Notes: generated by a model from the sequence alone, not told the origin. 64,000 nucleotides of DNA from Paramecium tetraurelia (GCA_000165425.1 CT868607.1:310001-374000), one strand, 5' to 3'. Positions 28,735-42,685 are shown, counted from the first letter of the stretch. Numbers and translations are program-made.

Positions 28735-29499
28735 TCAATTAACAAAGCCCGGTCTTCTATAATTGATATCCTTGAATCGTACCATTTTTTTCTAAAAAGA
28801 ACTAGTCTCACAATCAGACTCCTTTCTTTTCAAAATTGGACTTGGAGTGAAAGATTTAATCTTAGAAATACAATCAGCTCCAATAATGAAATTATGATCA
28901 TCAATTGAATTACTAATCTTTCTTCTTACCTAAGTCTTTTCAGTTCTAGTAGGCAGATCAGAATATTTTCTTCTTGAAATGATTTCAATTTCATTAAATT
29001 ACTTCTACTAATTTGATGTAGATTTCTTTCTGTAGCTTTTATTAGTTATCTTACAGTCCTAAAGTTATTATTATTTTGAATTTCCTAATGGCGAAGTTGA
29101 TTTTTGTCGCTTTTATTTTTTTGGACTTGAAGAGTGATACTTATGGTCAACTTCATATATTTCCTATTTTTTATGTTCTCTTTTAGGGATCTTTATTTTA
29201 GGACGAGGTGGTTAATTATTAGTCAATTTGACTTCTTTGATCTACGTAAACTGATTCTAAAACTAACTCTCTTCAGAAGGCACTCTAACCTTTGAGGTCA
29301 TTACCGCCTCAAATTAAATACTCTACCTTGATGGGGAAGGAAGTAATGCATTTGGAATCTCTATTTATGTTAGCTAACTAGAGGGAACTAGACTGATTTG
29401 CTTGTCTTATTCTATAAATTTCGTTAAAGTAATTGAAGATTGTCTCATAGTTTCAGATCTTTCAGTGATTTCTCTTTAACCAGAACATCCATTGCCCAT
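28735..29499 (-). CDS. Putatively N-acylated disordered protein with PILK and KMVRF motifs (254 aa)
   Basis: MGNGCSG start; C-terminal SPILKRK...KKMVRFKD...GFVN-TGA; start and stop in frame over 765 nt. Confidence 0.7.
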
Positions 29500-29865
29500 T
29501 AAATATTACTTAATAATATTTAATTATCATATAAATTGTGTATCTAAAATTAAAACCCTAGCATAGTGTTTCCTTTAGATATCAAGTAGACTATTTTCAA
29601 TTCTTGTTATTAAAATTAAAATTTTTATGCGATCAAAGAGTAATAATCTTAATATTAATTGATTTTTTAAGATTTTTCACCTAATTAATATTCTGAGCTC
29701 TTCCTATCATTAAAGGTTGTATTAATGAATACTTAGAGAGTTGATTTTATAAGTTTAGCAATATGGAAAAAAATAATAAAGATTTTTATCGGCTTAATAT
29801 AAAAATTTCAGGTTTATGATTCCTATCTTGGGAATAAAATCAATATTAATATTAATATTTAAAAA

Positions 29866-30435
29866 ATGCAGACTATGAATACCGATTCTGGAAATTATTC
29901 GATTATTGAGAATTCTCTTCGCTATCTTGATGAAGAGAAAGTATATAAGGAAATATAAACTCTTGTTTAATAACTTCAAGGGGCAAGAAAAAAATTATAA
30001 GAAATTCATAACGAAAAGTAACTAGAAACTTAAAAGGAGCTTTAAAATACACAAGAAAATTATTATTGTGACCAATTGGAAGACAGCAATTTATTAAATA
30101 GTAAAGAAATAAAAATTACTTACTTTGAAAGCAAACAAATCGAAAAGGTCTTAACAGAACTGAAAGAAAAAATAGAATATCTAAATGAAAAATTATATAA
30201 ACGTGGTCCCCAAGAAAATTTGGAGAAACAAATTTATATCCTATCTGATTAATTATCTAAAGAGAGAGTGAAGGCTGTAAAAGATACGAAAGTGATTTAA
30301 GATCTGAAAAATTAATTACATGAGAAAAGCAAGCAGCTCATATCTAGAGATGAGACAATCATTAAACACGTTAAAGAGATGTTGAAGCCAATGGATAATG
30401 GGGAACAGGATGAAGACATAAATTTTGTTGTGTGA
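29866..30435 (+). CDS. Hypothetical coiled-coil protein (189 aa)
   Basis: MQTMNTDSGNYS...DINFVV-TGA; E/K/L-rich; start codon uncertain. Confidence 0.65.
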
Positions 30436-30505
30436 GGTGGTGATTCAATTTATTTATATAAAATAAAGCAATATGGGATTTCTTTTATAAAAATTTATAT
30501 TAACA

Positions 30506-31907
30506 TCAAGCATTCTCATTCAAAATCAGTTAATTGTCATTTATTTGACAATTTTAATCTACATTTTCTATTATTGAGCAATTCAGATTGCTTAATGATT
30601 AATTATTTTTTTGAGAGTTTGTGTAGCTATGTAGCATATTTTTATTCTTTTAATTAAGTTATGCTATCCAAGAGTTACATTACCTATGTTAAGGGTTGAG
30701 TAATGATGAAAGAAGTTTTTATTAATCATAATGAGTCATTTACTTTTTTGCACTTGGAGGTTTAGATAAAACTTGATCTTGAGTTTTTAGTTTCTATTTA
30801 TTTTGATTTATACTATAATTTTTAATTTCTTATTTACTGGGGTTTGTATTAATTTTAATCTTATTTAAAGGTTCTGTCTTTGTTTGTTGTTAAGAAACTT
30901 TAAACTAAACTAATTCATTTTATAAATGTAATATGATCTGATCTTTAATTTCTAAAATTAATCATAGTTTATTTACTTAGCAATTCGTTTTATATTAAAT
31001 CTCCTTTTTACCCATTAGTTTTCTACCCCTTTTCGTAAGTACTCAACCTATTTTGATATTGAGTTAATTATTCTTAAAATTATTGTCTTTGCTGATTATA
31101 GTGCTGTGCTTATTGTTCTAACTTAATTTGAATCTGAATTATCGATTCTTTTTATTTTTATATAATCAATTCTTATTTATTGTTTTACTCTTTTAGTTCT
31201 TATGATAAGGATGAAAGTTGCTCTTCCAAACTTGATATTTTTGTGGCATCTTAGGATATTTAGTCAGTATAGTGTTTTTCTAGTTCTTCAAATTTCTTAA
31301 TCTTACTTTTATCATTTTCAACCTAATCTATTTATTAAATGTAAAATAATACTCAATAATACTTCATTTATTTGCTTTGTTTTTTTCGCTTCTGCTTCCA
31401 AATTTTTGCATTTTCTATTCAACTCATCATAAGTTAATGGTTTTTCTAGCGATTCAATATCAGGTGGGATTTAAAAAATCTAGATGAAAAATATTGATAC
31501 TTCCTTATTAGAGTCAATGTCTTATTCTTCTTCTTCTATAGTATTTACTTATTCCTTATTTGACCTGTCTTCATTCTCAAGTTCATCATCGGATAGATTG
31601 TGATTTGATACATCACTATTTAGAAGTGATCCAATGGCTCTATTATTTTTAATCTTCATATTCCTTGAACTATTAAATTACGACTCTAAATGATGGTAAA
31701 CAATATTGTTACATTTTTAGGATCCCAAGTATCCACTCCCTTAATTGGATTCTATATATTAAGAGTTGGTTTCTGAAAGAGCAGATAAATGATTAAATTA
31801 TTCTAGATGTGTTTTTTTTGGATTCTCTAGCAACAATCTTTATGCCACTACATATCAAATGTTAGTTTACATTAATTTTACTCTTCTTATAGGTTATTTT
31901 AGGCCAT
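30506..31907 (-). CDS. Hypothetical coiled-coil protein
   Basis: MAQNNLQEEQ..., tiny introns, long Q/E/K heptad region, ends LNENA-TGA. Confidence 0.7.
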
Positions 31908-31976
31908 GGCAATTACAATTAATATAAATTACTTAAGGAAAAAGATAAAAAACAAAAGTAAATAAATATTGTTCAT

Positions 31977-32573
31977 TCATGAATTTTTCAGAATTGTTAT
32001 TTTTTCTTTGAGTTTAGCATTTTCAACTTCATATTTGAGAATTTCATCCTTATAATTTTGTAATATGTGAGTTGTTCTTTATAATATCAATTGAAGAGCC
32101 GATATGGTTTATTAATCCTTCATTCTACAGGATATTAATTGGGAAGAATTATCAAACGATTTTTTATGGAGAGTGACTTTACAATTAGAGGGGATTCGTC
32201 TTTATATGCTGCTCTAAGTGTGTGAATTGGATTGTTTTTAATCTGCTTGAAAAAAATTATGAGAAGTTTAGAATGGAGGAGAACAACCACTCTAATAGTT
32301 TTACGAGATACTGTCCTAATTGAATAATTGAAGTTGAGACTTTTGCTTAACTAATTACCCATAGGGACTGGTTTTGAGTAGTTTTGATAGTCCATGCTGA
32401 AAATTATTATTCAAGTGAACTTTTTTAGGTTGAATATTTGAAATGCTGTCTGATTATTGTTGTTGCAATTTTCTTTATAATAGATTTTACTATTGAGTTA
32501 TTTCAGTGGGACTGAAGGGTTTGCGTTTTTAGTGATCAAACGAAGACTTTTCAATAGAGAGAGGAGATATCAT
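31977..32573 (-). CDS. Hypothetical protein (198 aa)
   Basis: MISPLSIEKSSFDHQKRKPF...LKNS-TGA in one frame. Confidence 0.6.
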
Positions 32574-32660
32574 TTTATAAATAAATAAAATAACACAATA
32601 ATGCTTAGATAAGATTATAGATATTTTGTACTTTTAATATAATAACTTGTTTTCAAATAA

Positions 32661-34146
32661 TCAAATCTATGGAATATTCTTTGATAAATTTTGAATTCTT
32701 TCAACATCTTATTAAGTTAGGCTACTTGAAAGATAATCAGAGTCCTAGAGTAATTTATTAAGATTCTTACTGATTTGGTTCCACTTGTTTACACATTGTT
32801 CTTTACTACTGTAGTCGAAGTAGTCACGATCTTCTACTAACTTTAAGGTCTCTTCAACAAATCCAATTCTGCTTCAGTCAAAATCAATTTCTCTTAACAA
32901 GCATGGTATGTATCATTCAATTCCTTAAATTTAGATCTCCATATCTTAGCCTCCTCTTCATAAGTCTTAACAGATTGACTAGTCGTAACTTCTTCAGTCA
33001 AAGTGTCGACTTGCTAACGAAGTTCTTCGATTTCCCTTTCTAGATTCTAGATGTGTTCATCTTTATCATCACATTATGATTTGAAAAACTATTTTTATTG
33101 TCTCAAAGCTTCCAATTCCTACTTCAAATCAGCATTATCATGGTTCAATTACTTGACCTGAGCATCCAGAGTCTAGACCTACTTTCTCAATCTCTGAATC
33201 TCATTCTGTAGCTTTTCAACTTCATCACTGTTGTTGCTATTAACCAATTACTCTATGATTATCATTTATTTTTATACATCTCAAGTATTCCACAAGATCG
33301 ACGTTTGTTTATAACTCTATTTTTAGATCAGATATTTTATTATCCTTCTCCTCATTATCACATCTCACCTTGTACAACTCGTCTTGCAATTATTTTATTA
33401 AAGCATCCTTGTCCTCATCATTTGAAGACCTCAATTCTACAACTTAAGGTTAAGGTTAAGATTAACGAATTCTATCTTCCAATTCCTTCATTCTCTTATC
33501 CCACAACTCCTCGAATTTCTCCAAATCCACAAATTCGATTGGTCGTTAAATTACAGTCTAAATCAATCCTAATTCTTACAGTCATCACTGGCTAAAGAGG
33601 AACAAAAGTAGGAGGTGTATATGTCTACCTTAAACCAGATAACCCCAAAGCAGAACTCTGAGAAGGTACATACTATTATGGCTAGGCTTATAAGTTTATT
33701 TAAGGTGTTGGTAATTTTTATTACTCTATTGATTGTGGTGCCATTGGTTTTTGTGATCGCTGTGGAGGTTATACATAATTTGTTTAAGGAGCTTATTAGG
33801 GGGGTTGCGATTGAGGAGGAGGCTTTTATTCTTATTTTTTATTGTACTTATATAGATTACACAGATGGCTGGTTGGGTGGATACTATTGTTGTTATGCGA
33901 AAGGAGGATTGCTTCTCTATGATTGCTACAATGGGTAGCCCTTTGGAGGGGTATTCTGGGGATATTATTGTTAAGGAAAAGATCTCTATGTCTTTGGGTT
34001 AAATTTTTATATACCAAAGGCTAATTCACTGGTGATTATTATCCCATAAATGGATAAGGATTACCTCCAAATTAGGAATTTGGATTTGCTTGATTGGGAT
34101 ACCCATTGTATTATGGTGACCTGGCTCGATTCAAAGGATTAAACAT
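32661..34146 (-). CDS. Pro/Gln-rich N-terminus plus long coiled coil (probable cytoskeletal/cortical protein)
   Basis: MFNPLNRARSPQYNGYPNQ...; coiled coil incl. EEEAKIWRSKFKELN; ends NIPQI-TGA. Confidence 0.75.
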
Positions 34147-35416
34147 AACTAATCAATTAATTTATTAAATAAGTTAAGAATAATTCATAAATAAATAGTT
34201 TATAATTTTTATACTTTAAGCACTCTTTAGTTGTTTTTATTAAGGAATGAATGTGCTGTTATTGTTATTTTATACGATTAATGTTCTATTATTGCAATTA
34301 AATTCAAATGATTTATAAAGATATTATTAATATTTAATGTAATTACATAAATTTAATCATAATTAATTCGATATTTAAATGCTCAACCAAGAGAGCTCTG
34401 TAACATTTAATCATAAATAATTTGTCTTATTCCTAGCTATGAGTATTGCATATTTATCTTTTAAATGGCTGTATTCTTGAAAAATGATTTAGTACGAATT
34501 AGTATATTACTGTGAGAAATACATTTAAAATATGGGCTTGTCTTATTTTCCATAAATTTAGAGTAATTGTTCATCAATAAAATAATTAAAATTTATCATA
34601 ATATAATGATATAAATTTAATCTAATAAAACTAATTTCAATTAAATTCCTGAAAAATTATATTTAAGCAAAAGCATTCAAGTACTTTGAATTTTTTCTGT
34701 CTTATTAACTTATATAGTCATAATTTATTATTTAATTCTAATTAGTTTTAAATTAATATGTAATTTAAGAATGCTATTCAGAGTTCAGTTCGATATTTTT
34801 ATAAATTTAATACATGCTATCATTATTGGATAATTTTGATACCTTATATGTATAGACATTAAATCATTCGATATTCTGTCAACATTATGAATATTTGTGT
34901 TTCTCTTCTTGTTTAAACTCTAATTTAATTTAATTTATCAAATCTAAGGCAAGTATTGCTAGAAATTAATCTTGAAAACTTGAGTGTAATCTCTTTTAAC
35001 GACAAAAACCTGTTTCCCTACACATTATTCGAAGTGTAAATTCTGGCCTGTATCAAAAATAGTGTATTTGAAGATTTCCTATGCAAGAGTGAATATGATA
35101 AAATTAGATATTATTTATTAGAATTAATTATTATGCAACATTTTAATTATTTAAAAGATAATATTTTCAGTAATGGCCTTCAAGAGTAGCCTCAATTGTA
35201 TATTTTATATTGATCACATAAAGATGTTTTACGTATGGAAAAATAAGTTATTTTATTGTAATTTTGATTTTAGTTGTATATTGATATCTTTTGATGTTCT
35301 GAATATTGGTTATGCAAAAGATTTCGGTTCAATAAGGTGAAGTATTTCAGTTCGGTTTTTATTTATGTTTATCGCAACTCCCATTGTTGTAATAAGAAAT
35401 TTATTTATAAAAATTT

Positions 35417-38400
35417 ATGGATCAAAATATTGAAGAAGAAGAGTAGGGAAGAATTGCTTAATAGAGAGTAAAAGATGGTTAATAGTCGTAGTCTTATTCA
35501 AGAGTGGATGCATCTTCTCCGAATAAGAAAAATAGTCAAGGTGAATTGGATTAGGCAACAAGAACAGTAACTCATAGAAAATCAGTTATTTTGGGAGCCA
35601 AAAGCAGTAGAACAAGTTCAGATAGCAATCGTGGATTCAGAGTAATAAGAAATATTTTATGTAGCATAAAGTTGAGATATTTTTGGAGAGCTTTAATTAT
35701 ATGATCTTTATGACAATTGTAACAGTGTATGCATTATTTGGAGATGATGTTCGAGTGTTGGCTACAGATAAGGTATTTTCAGTAATAATCAGGATGGTGA
35801 TGAAGTATTTTGGGTAATTACCACAATTTGTATGAGTCTCTTTTTTATTGAAATTGTGCTTGCCTCTATTTGTAAAGTATAAATATTGACAATAAAATAA
35901 GGATGGATATTTTATCGGTTTCTTCTTTTGGTTGGATTTGTTGTCAACAGTTTCAATGCTATTAGACATTGGATGGGTTAGTAATGCAATATTTGGAACT
36001 AGTGGAGGAGCAGCATTGAGTGCAGTTTCATTGGCAAGGTTAGATCGAGTAAAATATTATTGGTAGGGCTGGAAGAGCATCTAGAGTAGGAACAAGAGCC
36101 GGAAGAATAGTAAGAGTAGTAAGATTAGTGAGACTATCAAAATTGTATAAACATGCCAAACAATCATTGGAGAAGGAAGCAGAGAAGTTGTTGGCAGAAG
36201 AAATGAAAGAGGAGAATTTAATGGAGAATAACAATTAAGATCAAGAACATCAAAGACAAGAATAACCAAATGATGCCGTTTCTTCTTAAAGATCTGTTGA
36301 ATCATCTGAAAGAAATGTTAAACATTCAGGAATGAGTGTTGTACAATAATAACCAGTTTAGTAGGCTAATTAATAAAGAACTTCTATTATGATGTTTAAT
36401 GGGGCATCTAATAATAATTAGATCAGCCAAGAAAATGATCACAGGTTTTAAAGAAGATAAACCAGGAAAATTGTTATGTCTGGTTAAATTCAATCACTTA
36501 CAACTATTTAAAAAAGAAAATCCGTTATTATGCAATCTCCAAATAAATCATCACATCCTCATTAGTCAGATGAAGGAGAAATACGTGAAACCAATATAGG
36601 TAAAGAATTGACTGAATTAACTAATAAGAGAGTCATTACTATTGTCATGCTCATATTGTTTAGTGTCCCTATATTGAATCTCAGTACTTATGTCGACTAA
36701 AATGTAAGTTTCACCACTGGGTTATAAGCAATATAGTTTTGGGCCAAAGACCCTGAAATATATGATTATCTTATTAAAGACTTTATCACATATCATGAAC
36801 CATTGAGAACTGGATTAGTATTTTTTGAAATCAATTCTACCATATTACATCCAAAGGATGACCCTTATTAATATGAAGATTACAGAACAACTTCATTGTA
36901 ATATTATACAACAACAGATTCTGAAGGCAAGGATGCAGTATCTATATGTACTACGATTACAGATGATGAATTAAATGCTATTTTATCAATAATCAGAACA
37001 ATCTTTGTGTCTATAGTTCTTTCTGTAGCGGCAGTATTGTTTAGTAGGGATGTCTAAGACTTGATTTTAACACCCGTTGAGAAAATGTTGGAAACAGTCA
37101 AGAAAATAGCAGAAAATCCATTGGTTGCAGCATAAGAAGAAGAAAATAAGGCATTTATTTAAATGATTGAAAATGGTGAAATGAAAGCTTTAGAGGACTA
37201 AGAAGATGAGAAATTGGAAACAGTTATCCTATAGAAATTAATTGTTAAGATTGGAACCTTATTGGCATTAGGATTTGGAGAAGCTGGATCTCAAATTATA
37301 GCTTAAAACATGGGTGCAAATGCTTCAATTAATCCTATGTTGCCAGGCAAAAAGGTAATGGCCATTTTTGGATTTTGCGATATAAGAAACTTTACAGATG
37401 CCACAGAAGTTCTATAATAAGATGTAATGGTATTCGTGAATGAAATTGCAGAGATCGTCCATGGAGTTGTGGATTAATTTTCAGGAAGTGCAAATAAAAA
37501 CATAGGTGATGCATTTCTTTTAGTTTGGAAATTTGCTGAAAGTGATTATTATTAGGATAAGGATGGCAACTTAAGTTTAAAGTCATATGAACATATTGCA
37601 TAAATAGCCGATATGTCCATTTTATCATTTGTTACTATTATTACTAATGTTACACTTTCGTAAAAGTTATAAAAGTATAAATAACATGAGGGACTGAATA
37701 ACAGAATCCCTAATTATTCGGTTAAAATGGGATTTGGATTACATGTTGGATGGGCTATAGAAGGAGCAATAGGATCAGAATATAAAATAGATGCATCGTA
37801 TTTGAGTCCAAATGTTAACATGGCATCGAGATTAGAGGCAGCCACTAAACAATTTGGATCAATGATACTCATTTCAGGACAACTAAGAAATGTAGCTACT
37901 AAAGTGACCCAAAAGAATCTAAGACATATTGATAGAGTGACTGTCAAAGGTAGTATTGAACCTATGGATATTTACACTGTGGATTTAAATGTTGAGACTT
38001 TAATTAGAAAAGTTCATAAAAAGAAGACTGTAGTGGATTTCAATAAGAAGGAAAAATAGAAACAAGTTCATCTTACAGAATCAGAGATATCTAAATAAAA
38101 AAAAAAGCAGAAGGTCTTGAGAAGAATGAAAAGAGACAAGTTAAAGTAGGCTGTATTAAAGAATCATGTGGCAATATCAGAAACTTGGATTAAGGACAAC
38201 AACATTAAACAATCTCGTGCTCTGTTTAATAAAGTACATCTCCAAATTTAATCTAGGAATTTTATCATAAATGGGACAAAGGGTTTTCATGTTACCTATC
38301 TGGAGATTGGGATTAGGCAAAAGCTATATTTGAAGAAACTTTAGTATTTAATTTAGATTTAAATCTTAGAATTTTTTACCAAACTACAAAGACGGTCCAA

Positions 38401-38483
38401 GCAATACTCTATTAAGAGTCATTAAAGAAGAGCCATACTTAAGAAACAATTGGAAAGGCTATAGGGAGCTAACAGAAAAATGA
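35417..38483 (+). CDS. Alveolate-type ion-channel/adenylyl cyclase fusion protein
   Basis: S4-like RAGRASRVGTRAGRIVRVVRLVRLSK, LALGFGEAG, FGFCDIRNFT, KNIGDAFL, GLHVGWAIEGAIGS..KIDASYLSPNVNMASRLEA, TPR-like tail WKGYRELTEK-TGA. Confidence 0.95.
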
Positions 38484-38910
38484 TTATAAACTTATTCCTT
38501 TTTTATTTTAATAAGAGAAAATTTATTAATCAATTACAAACGATTTATTTATTTGTTTTTTTCAATATGATTTTGATTGATTTTTATAAGTAGTATTATC
38601 AAGTCTGAATCTCATTAATTATTAATGAAAATTATAACACAGACTATTATTCATGTGCTTCTCTACATTTTAATATTAAGATAATTGTTGCGTTGATTAA
38701 ATAATCAATTAAAACTTGATAGTAAGTAACCATATATCATCCATAAATAATTTTATATAAATTATGTTCTTCCTTTAATTGAAGCTCGTTAAAAAGTAGA
38801 TCAAAATTAGTAAGAAATAAAGAATGAGAGAAATATTTAACTTTTATTGTATATTTAAATTTAGGTAAATGAGTAAAAGGAGAATAAATAAATAAAATAT
38901 TTTATTTAAA

Positions 38911-39207
38911 ATGAATGATACAATCGAATTCGATGATTGCTTAAATGAAGTTACTTCCCAAGAAAAAGATATCATCAGTTATTTGTAGGAATTAAAATTA
39001 ACATTCTTGACTGACCCATAATAAAAATAGTTTAAATTTGAGCAGGCAAAAAAACAATTAATATTTTCCTATCGTTCACTTGATTCCGATACAGATGGAT
39101 CAGAAATGACACCACCAATGTTAGTTAAAACATCATCATTACTATTAACAAAGTCCCCATTAAGATAAAAGAGATTATCAATTGTTTCGGAATAACCTTT
39201 GATCTGA
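38911..39207 (+). CDS. Small hypothetical protein (98 aa)
   Basis: MNDTIEFDDCLNEV...SDTDGSEMTPP...SEQPLI-TGA, intronless ORF flanked by AT-rich spacers. Confidence 0.6.
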
Positions 39208-40090
39208 AATATTTTTGTATTATATTCCAATATTTGTCTAATTTTTACAACCAATCACAATCCATTTTAGATTCTAGCATATCTATACTAAAAATGCTAA
39301 AAAGTTAGAGAAGTAAGAAAATTATTACTACTTTGTTATCTTTTTTAAACCCAAAATTTCAATAAAATTGTTAATTTTTGATTAGTATAAGTAATAATAT
39401 TGTGTTCAAAATCTAAAAGCCTGTTTTTAATGGGCGACGTTGAATCTGAGGGATAATAGTTAGAAAAATAATTTAAATAGAAATACATTATATAAACCTT
39501 CTCTTTTTACGAAAATTAAAGATAGAATTGTGTTTGAAGTGTAATTATCAGATTTTAATTTGTTTGAAAATAAAATAATCTAAAAATCATTTAGAAAGTA
39601 ATGCCTTAAATACAGTTTAGTTTTTTATAAAATACCTGAACATTGTTAATTTTTTAAACCTTGACATACATTTTACATTAATCAAGATCAAATCGTTGCA
39701 ATTAGTTAAAATCGAATCTTTTGAGAAATTTATAAATAATATATTATAATTTAGTAAATTTAATTTGTATATTATTCTCTATCTTATTATGGATTGATTA
39801 ATCCCTATCGAATCTACTAAAGGTATGATTTGAAGTATTAATTGCATGTAATAAATATCCATAATAAAAATGATGATGAATATATCAAGAATTATTAGTC
39901 TTAGTAAATATTGCATTAGATACATATATTTATACTATGAACGATAGAATTTATATGTATAGATTATACTTTTGATTAAAATGAATTCACAGGAAAGATG
40001 AAAGTAATATAATGTAAAATTAGATAGAGACATAGGAGAAAGTAGTTCAACAGGTTATTGTATTAGATTAATATTTATTTATTTATGAAT

Positions 40091-40826
40091 TCAACCAAAT
40101 ATTGTATATAATGAGATTGCTAGCCCAACTAAGATTATTGATCCAATAATTAATCTAGTTTTTAATTTTTACATTCTTTATTTTCTGTGCAATTCTTACG
40201 CTGAGTTTAAAAATACTTATGAACTATTATCCAATTCTAGTGATTAAACTAATGATATCAATATTGTTGAATACAACCTTCAATATTCAGAAGCTATTCT
40301 TTGTTGTTGATAAGTTTTTCAATGTTTTGCTGAACAGTTTGCTTAGTGTTATCCAAAGTTTATAGAATTTATTATATCTGTTTAGGTTCTTTGCCATGGG
40401 CTTAATCGAAGTAGATTAACAAATTATAGATATTCTGCTTTTATTATATGGATATATTTTATGGAGTTACTGGATTGTGATCAAACTAATGAATAAAATA
40501 GAGAATATACAATTTTTGCATTGATGGAATTGATGAGCATTTCCACATTCTCTTAATTATAATCATTTGCAGTCAATACCAGTTGTACTACCTCTTTGTT
40601 GAATGGCAAATAATACCACTTTCCTCCTTAGGTTGTGATATATTTACTAGTATTGGTATTAGTATACTTACATCTTTTGGAATTGACTAATGTTTTCATT
40701 TTTTAGAAATTGCAAGGCATTTTAGAGATCAAATACAACTTGATTGTCATTTGGTACTAATGATATTACTCCAATGGTAGAAGCGGTTTGCCATTTGGCT
40801 AAGGCATATGCCATAATGTGGTTCAT
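40091..40826 (-). CDS. Longin-type R-SNARE (synaptobrevin/VAMP7-like) with Asn at the zero layer (218 aa)
   Basis: Longin-sized N-terminus; SNARE motif TLDNTKQTVQQNIEKLINNKEQLLNIEVQSLELDNSSQVFLNSAQEL; C-terminal TM anchor; introns of 25, 25 and 29 nt give an exact ORF. Confidence 0.85.
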
Positions 40827-40849
40827 ATAATATTATTAATAATATATAA

Positions 40850-41553
40850 ATGTATAATTATTACAGGAAGGAGAAGTTCCAACAGATAACCTAATAGAAA
40901 GAGAAAAAAATGGAATAGGAACAGAATGCAACTCAAGAAACAAAAAAAATTAATAATGCTTTGGCTACTAATTACGATAAAAGAATCATGAGTTTTTTGG
41001 AACGAATGTCACAAAAACCTTATGTTATCCATGATTCCATATATATCAAGGAATCAAGATCAACAAGCAATGACAACAGAAGGTGGCTGAATGCTTCTGC
41101 CTTGCATTCGTTGGAATATTATTAAAACAATAAAATAAATAATCGATATCTCAGTGACAGAAAGTAACTTAAACATAAATTAACAGAAACTATTGAAGAT
41201 ATTCAAAATCCTAATACTTCTGAACTTAGTATACTAGATACTTTTAATCCCAAAAAGATGGATTCAAGAAGAGATAGATAAAAATAAATAACTATCATAG
41301 ATTCTAATTTAATTAAAAGGAATATGAGAATAAATCTGGATAAAATCTAAGTCAAAAGGAAATTGGACAAATAAGATGAGCCAAGTAAAAAAATGTAATT
41401 TATTTCTTTTAAGAAGACAGACTATATTTCAAAGGATTGAAATCACTGACTGTCCAGCAAAGGATGTTCGATGATGAACAATCCAAAAGGAGTATCTCTG
41501 GAAAAGCTAGAAGCATTCTAGAAAAATGCAATATAATTTCCAAAAAGCCATGA
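40850..41553 (+). CDS. Hypothetical basic protein
   Basis: MYNYYRKEKFQQ...RLYFKGLKSL...CNIISKKP-TGA; one intron near 41395. Confidence 0.65.
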
Positions 41554-41579
41554 ACTTAATTATATATTATAAATTATAA

Positions 41580-42483
41580 ATGATATCAGAAACACAATTC
41601 AGGAGAGATTTGAATGTGAAGTTTTGTCAGACTAGCCTAGTTCATGATCTCAGTGAGTATGGGATACAGTAAGGATCTAGCTAACAAGATTTCTTTATGA
41701 AGCTATTCGATTGTATAAGGGCACAAATAAGATGAACAGGAAGCAAATGGTGAAGTCCCTCCAAGAGATAGCCAATGTAATTTCATGATCAATCATCTTT
41801 TAGAAACCATTGAGTGAATTACAATATGTTGAGTTATTGGATTGGTTTGAGGATTATTGCATTTAATAGGCCAAGAAATTTTAATAATTAAAAAACAGAA
41901 GCTTATTCACCAAATCAATATAAGCAATCAAGAATGATCAGGCTAGAGATTAGAATGAACATTAAAATAAAGAACTCTCTTAGCCAGTTCATAAGAAAGT
42001 GAAAATTAACAATGAAGATGACAATAATAATGATGTGCAAAAAGTGAAACCAGAAATAGAAGATGAGCCTGAATCTATGTCAGATGAGAACTAATCAAAT
42101 TAAAAGTAGAATTAAATTGAATTTAATTTTTAGTTAAGCTGACTAATTGATGTTACTCTTACTATTGACAGCAGTAAATCAATAATCTAAAGTTATAGAT
42201 ATTCAATCATAGGTAAAAGTACATAATTTATTATTAAATTTAAATAGCAGAAAACTAATATCATCAATGAAAGATGCAGGTACTTTCCCAATTGTACCAA
42301 CAAGCATTGTCAATATATTCATCCAAAAATTAAAGTAGATTAATTTTAATATCCATTTAGTGCAAATATTTTCCTTATTGTAACAAGGGAAATCAATGCA
42401 TTTATGTCCATCAGCAATGTAAGCATGGGATTCATTGCAAAAACCCATAATGCAGTTATGATCACCCATACAAAAAAAAATGA
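41580..42483 (+). CDS. Nab2/ZC3H14-like CCCH zinc-finger poly(A)-RNA-binding protein
   Basis: PWI-like NKMNRKQMVKSL..LLDWF; tandem CRYFPNCTNKHCQYIHP, CKYFPYCNKGNQCIYVH, CKHGIHCKNPQCSYDHP; five introns (20-29 nt). Confidence 0.8.
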
Positions 42484-42685
42484 TATCATATGAAATAAAT
42501 AATTAACTAGAAGATTTAATTAAACTATTTAATACTAACAGAAAACCTCTTATTATTATATTTATAGTATAAATACATAAGATTACATTTTCAAAATTCG
42601 TGTACTTTTCATTTAAGCCATTAAATTTATTTGCAAAATTAAATTACAGGATTTGATTATTTTTTCATATAAAATAATTATTATT

